DNA of 64,000 nucleotides from Oscillospiraceae bacterium (GTDB lineage Bacteria; Bacillota; Clostridia; Oscillospirales; JAAYXM01): NCBI GenBank assembly GCA_015068085.1, contig SVLF01000005.1, positions 3,684 to 67,683 of the forward strand, read 5' to 3'. Shown piece by piece: positions 61,194 to 64,000 of this stretch (position 1 is its first letter; each line of letters starts with the position of its first letter). The notes under the pieces were generated by a model. It saw only the letters and a program-made list of their open reading frames with translations, ran no database searches and was not told where the DNA came from. The position numbers and the translations under genes were made by a program.

Positions 61194-62426
61194 ATGTATA
61201 ACAGAACAAATTTTGAAGAAATGGAAACGAGCAGGGAAAGCGTGAAAGCGTTTTTTCGGCAATTAGTACCGGCTGAGTTTTATGATACATGGGCAGAAAC
61301 GTTTGAGATTGAGTATGCCGACGAAAAGCAGGTGTTGGTTACATATCACGGCGCTGAGAGTATCAAAAAATTCAAAAAAGAATGCAAAGAACCCCTGTCG
61401 CTCTGCATTTATTCGATAATGGGTTATAAAAAAAGAATAAAAATATCAAAAAAGAAAATTCACAAAAGCTCAAACCACAAAGCAAAAAAGAAAATACGGG
61501 CTGCAAAATTCTTTGTTATAGGTATGATATTTGTCTTTTTTGCAACATCAATCATCGTTGTTATGTGCAATTATATCGGCAATCGGGATTTCAGAGAAAC
61601 TTTTTACAACGTTAGCAGCCTGAAGGTTGACAGCTCGGTTCGCGTTATTCAGTTGTCTGATTTGCATGGCTCCTCCTACGGTGAAAAGAATGCAAAGCTG
61701 CTCTCTCGTGTTGAAGCTTTGAAGCCTGATATAATAATCTGCACCGGCGATATTGTTAATTCGGCGCGTGATGACGTTGATTACGCTGCGGATTTAGGTG
61801 AGAAGCTTGCAAAGATTGCACCTTCGTATTATATATACGGCAACAACGAGGTTGAAAGCATTTACGGCTTTCCGCTTAATGAAGCAGAGCTTGATCGAAA
61901 ATTCGGCTTTCGGAAGGATAATCGCGACGAAACAGCACTTTTGAAAATCGAAGATTCTTTTGAAGAAACACTCGAGAGTACCGGGATAAAGGTTCTGAAA
62001 AACGAAAAGGACACAATAAAGGTAAAAACCATGACAATTGATGTGTATGGAGTTTTAACCTCGAATCCGTCCTCATTCTGGTCATATTCGGAAAAAGCCT
62101 TCGCGGATTATATCTATGAAAACACAGACAATCTTAAAATAACCGCAGTGCATGAGCCGTTTATTTTCCAGGAGTTCCAGCCTGAGTTTTGGGGAGATTT
62201 GATGGTTTGCGGGCATACTCACGGCGGTGTGGTCCGCGTGCCGGTGCTCGGTCCGTTGTTCACGCACGAGGATGGCCTTTTCCCCGAAAGAGACGGAAAC
62301 TTTGTTTACGGAAGATATGACGCTGCGGGAAAACCTCTCATCGTAAGTGGCGGACTTGAAAATTTGAATGTTTTCCGTATAAATAATCAGCCGGAGCTGG
62401 TCATTATCGATATTAATAAATTTTAA
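61194..62426 (+). CDS. membrane-anchored metallophosphoesterase with an extra N-terminal cytoplasmic domain
   Basis: Calcineurin-like motifs (QLSDLHG, TGDIVN, GNNE, GHTHGG) and a TM segment at FFVIGMIFVFFATSIIVVM. Confidence 0.75.
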   Translation: MYNRTNFEEMETSRESVKAFFRQLVPAEFYDTWAETFEIEYADEKQVLVTYHGAESIKKFKKECKEPLSLCIYSIMGYKKRIKISKKKIHKSSNHKAKKKIRAAKFFVIGMIFVFFATSIIVVMCNYIGNRDFRETFYNVSSLKVDSSVRVIQLSDLHGSSYGEKNAKLLSRVEALKPDIIICTGDIVNSARDDVDYAADLGEKLAKIAPSYYIYGNNEVESIYGFPLNEAELDRKFGFRKDNRDETALLKIEDSFEETLESTGIKVLKNEKDTIKVKTMTIDVYGVLTSNPSSFWSYSEKAFADYIYENTDNLKITAVHEPFIFQEFQPEFWGDLMVCGHTHGGVVRVPVLGPLFTHEDGLFPERDGNFVYGRYDAAGKPLIVSGGLENLNVFRINNQPELVIIDINKF

Positions 62427-62446
62427 TTTTGTGAGGAATAGAGAGA

Positions 62447-63802
62447 ATGGTTACTGCACTATTTCAAAAATTAATCATTTTAATTGTCGGTGTATTGTTT
62501 CTGACATCGGCGGCTTTGATATATTTCCGTTCTAAAAATGTAAATCGCGCAGAGCGCACCCAGATTTTCAAAACGGCAGAATATCTCAATGCGTGGATAA
62601 TTCTCATCTGCTTTATCACGACGATGGTGTATGGGATTTTCAATCACTATGAACTTAAAAAATCCGTTCACGCAATTATCTCGCTGAACTATTCCGAGGC
62701 ATCGCAAGCGCTCAACTCCAACGGCACCCGATATAATATGGCAGAAATTATCAGCGATGAGGTTGTGGACAGAGCTATAAAAAAGGGCGCACTTGAGGAT
62801 GTGACGGTAAAACAGCTTAAAAGCTGCCTTGTGGTTTATCCGTGTGTGCAGGGCGGTGTCGGAGATGAGTCTGAATATCATATTTCCACAGAGTTTGCGG
62901 TAGAGTATCACGCATCAAAGGATACAGACCATCTTGATTCGGAAAATGTTATTAAACTGATAACTGCGGCTTACAAGGAATACTATATAGAAAAATATAC
63001 TGATAATTTCAGCCTGTCTTCTGAGAAACCGGATTTTGCAAAAATGGAGTATATGGATATAGTATCGTATCTTGATAAGGAAACGGGCGCTGTTCTTAAT
63101 TATTTGTACGGTATGGCTGAAAAGAACCCGAGCTTCGTTACTGAAAACAACAGCACCTTCAATTCCATTGCAGGCAAGGTGTATCAATTTAAGGAGACCC
63201 AGATAAATCAGAATTTAAGGTCTCTTATCCTGCAGAACGGAGTTGTAAGGGACAAGGGTGGATACATCGACCGATTGGCGTATCAAAATAAAAATGTTGA
63301 TTTTGACCGCCGGAAAAACAATGCTTCCTATAATCTTTGCAACCAGGCAATTGAAATGTACAGCGAGGAAATGACCAGGGTGGTTCTCGTTCCGACATGG
63401 GATCAATCCGGCAAATACTATATGGGAAGAACAAAGGTCGGCGTTGATGAGTTGTCCGTTATGGCAACAAATTTCAGCAATTATGTGGCATCTAACGAGA
63501 AGGAGATTATGGACAATAATCTTATAATCAATAAGATAGCTGAAAAGACTCCTAATGCCGGACTTTATGCGTCGGCGGATTCGTTGATAGAATCCATTTA
63601 TAACAGCATCAAGGGATTTGAAAAAGAAGCGATAAACGCGGGCAGAGAATATTCAAGCCACAAAATGAACCAGTGCATTGCAGTGACCATTTACGGCATC
63701 TCGCTTATGAATGAGCTGAAAACGCTTTTGCTTTTTGCAGCATTTGTGTATGTATCGCTTATTTTGCGTCATATTTCGAAGAAATTCCCTAAAAAGGCAT
63801 AA
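62447..63802 (+). CDS. hypothetical bitopic/tritopic membrane protein (large extracytoplasmic domain between terminal TM segments)
   Basis: TM segments at aa ~8-27, ~47-66 and ~420-440. No motif recognised. Topology is reminiscent of chain-length regulators. Confidence 0.5.
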   Translation: MVTALFQKLIILIVGVLFLTSAALIYFRSKNVNRAERTQIFKTAEYLNAWIILICFITTMVYGIFNHYELKKSVHAIISLNYSEASQALNSNGTRYNMAEIISDEVVDRAIKKGALEDVTVKQLKSCLVVYPCVQGGVGDESEYHISTEFAVEYHASKDTDHLDSENVIKLITAAYKEYYIEKYTDNFSLSSEKPDFAKMEYMDIVSYLDKETGAVLNYLYGMAEKNPSFVTENNSTFNSIAGKVYQFKETQINQNLRSLILQNGVVRDKGGYIDRLAYQNKNVDFDRRKNNASYNLCNQAIEMYSEEMTRVVLVPTWDQSGKYYMGRTKVGVDELSVMATNFSNYVASNEKEIMDNNLIINKIAEKTPNAGLYASADSLIESIYNSIKGFEKEAINAGREYSSHKMNQCIAVTIYGISLMNELKTLLLFAAFVYVSLILRHISKKFPKKA

Positions 63803-63819
63803 AGGGCTGAGGGAGGATA

Positions 63820-64000
63820 ATGATGAAAAATTTTCAGATTTTAAGATATTTAAAAAAACTTTTGCCACTGATAATAGTTTTTTGCTTGGTGGCGACATAT
63901 GCTGTTTATTTCAAGCTTTCAGGAGCTAATTCTTATATAGCTTCTGAGGTTATCCATTATAATGACGAGCAGGCAGAAAAAGGCCTTGCTCCCACCGGCG
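63820..64000 (+). CDS. Wzz-like chain-length determinant protein, N-terminal fragment (truncated by the window end)
   Basis: GGGAGG RBS 4 nt before ATG 63820. My translation is MMKNFQILRYLKKLLPLIIVFCLVATYAVYFKLSGANSYIASEVIHYND... (TM followed by Y.A...I.). The frame is open to the window end. Confidence 0.5.
   Translation, partial: MMKNFQILRYLKKLLPLIIVFCLVATYAVYFKLSGANSYIASEVIHYNDEQAEKGLAPTG

Noticed and set aside
1-64000. A scan for CRISPR arrays, rRNA/tRNA genes, IS elements, integrases, prophage genes and toxin-antitoxin pairs.
   Set aside because: I noticed no regularly spaced short repeats, no tRNA T-arm/acceptor signatures, and no transposase-, recombinase- or phage-like ORFs. Small tRNA-like or sRNA genes could still be missed without covariance-model tools.

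Overview
This is a 64-kb chromosomal window from a spore-forming Firmicute, probably a Clostridia-type genome. The basis is B. subtilis-like synteny: recJ-relA-dtd, and yabM-mazG-hup-yabO-yabP-yabQ-divIC-yabR followed by spoIIP. All calls come from reading the sequence and ORF translations by eye; no database search or computation was run.

Coding density is high and most genes are housekeeping:
- M20 amidohydrolase, coaX, purine nucleoside phosphorylase, an SDR.
- An L-fucose mini-regulon (fucU, araC-type regulator, fucI, FGGY kinase).
- purA, a wecC-like dehydrogenase, recJ, relA, dtd, hemZ-like radical SAM, mtaD, mnmE.
- Transporters, a Cache-GGDEF cyclase, and a roughly 10-kb cell-surface polysaccharide cluster (53.7 kb to the window end).

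I saw no rRNA, tRNA, CRISPR array, transposase or integrase.

The stand-out is a five-gene operon at 12.7-21.5 kb, wedged between the fucose operon terminator and the purA promoter.
- It has a membrane-anchored coiled-coil protein ending in a Walker-less FtsK-like domain.
- It has a soluble FtsK/SpoIIIE ATPase with one intact and one degenerate P-loop domain.
- It has two helical proteins sharing an N-terminal domain. One is 836 aa with a disordered linker and an unassignable C-terminus.
- It has an exported or membrane-tethered protein.
- I read it as a divergent, split-ATPase type VII-like export/effector module. A FtsK/HerA-style conflict system is the alternative. No canonical WXG100, EssA, EssB or EsaA genes are visible.

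Secondary observations:
- A 274-bp multi-hairpin element with imperfect terminal inverted repeats, present twice (1.7 kb and 50.0 kb).
- About 46-bp direct repeats, including a duplicated terminator, bracketing a DUF4143-type AAA+ ATPase gene.
- A 52-codon zinc-ribbon ORF absent from the ORF track.
- Several palindromes and direct repeats at promoters.
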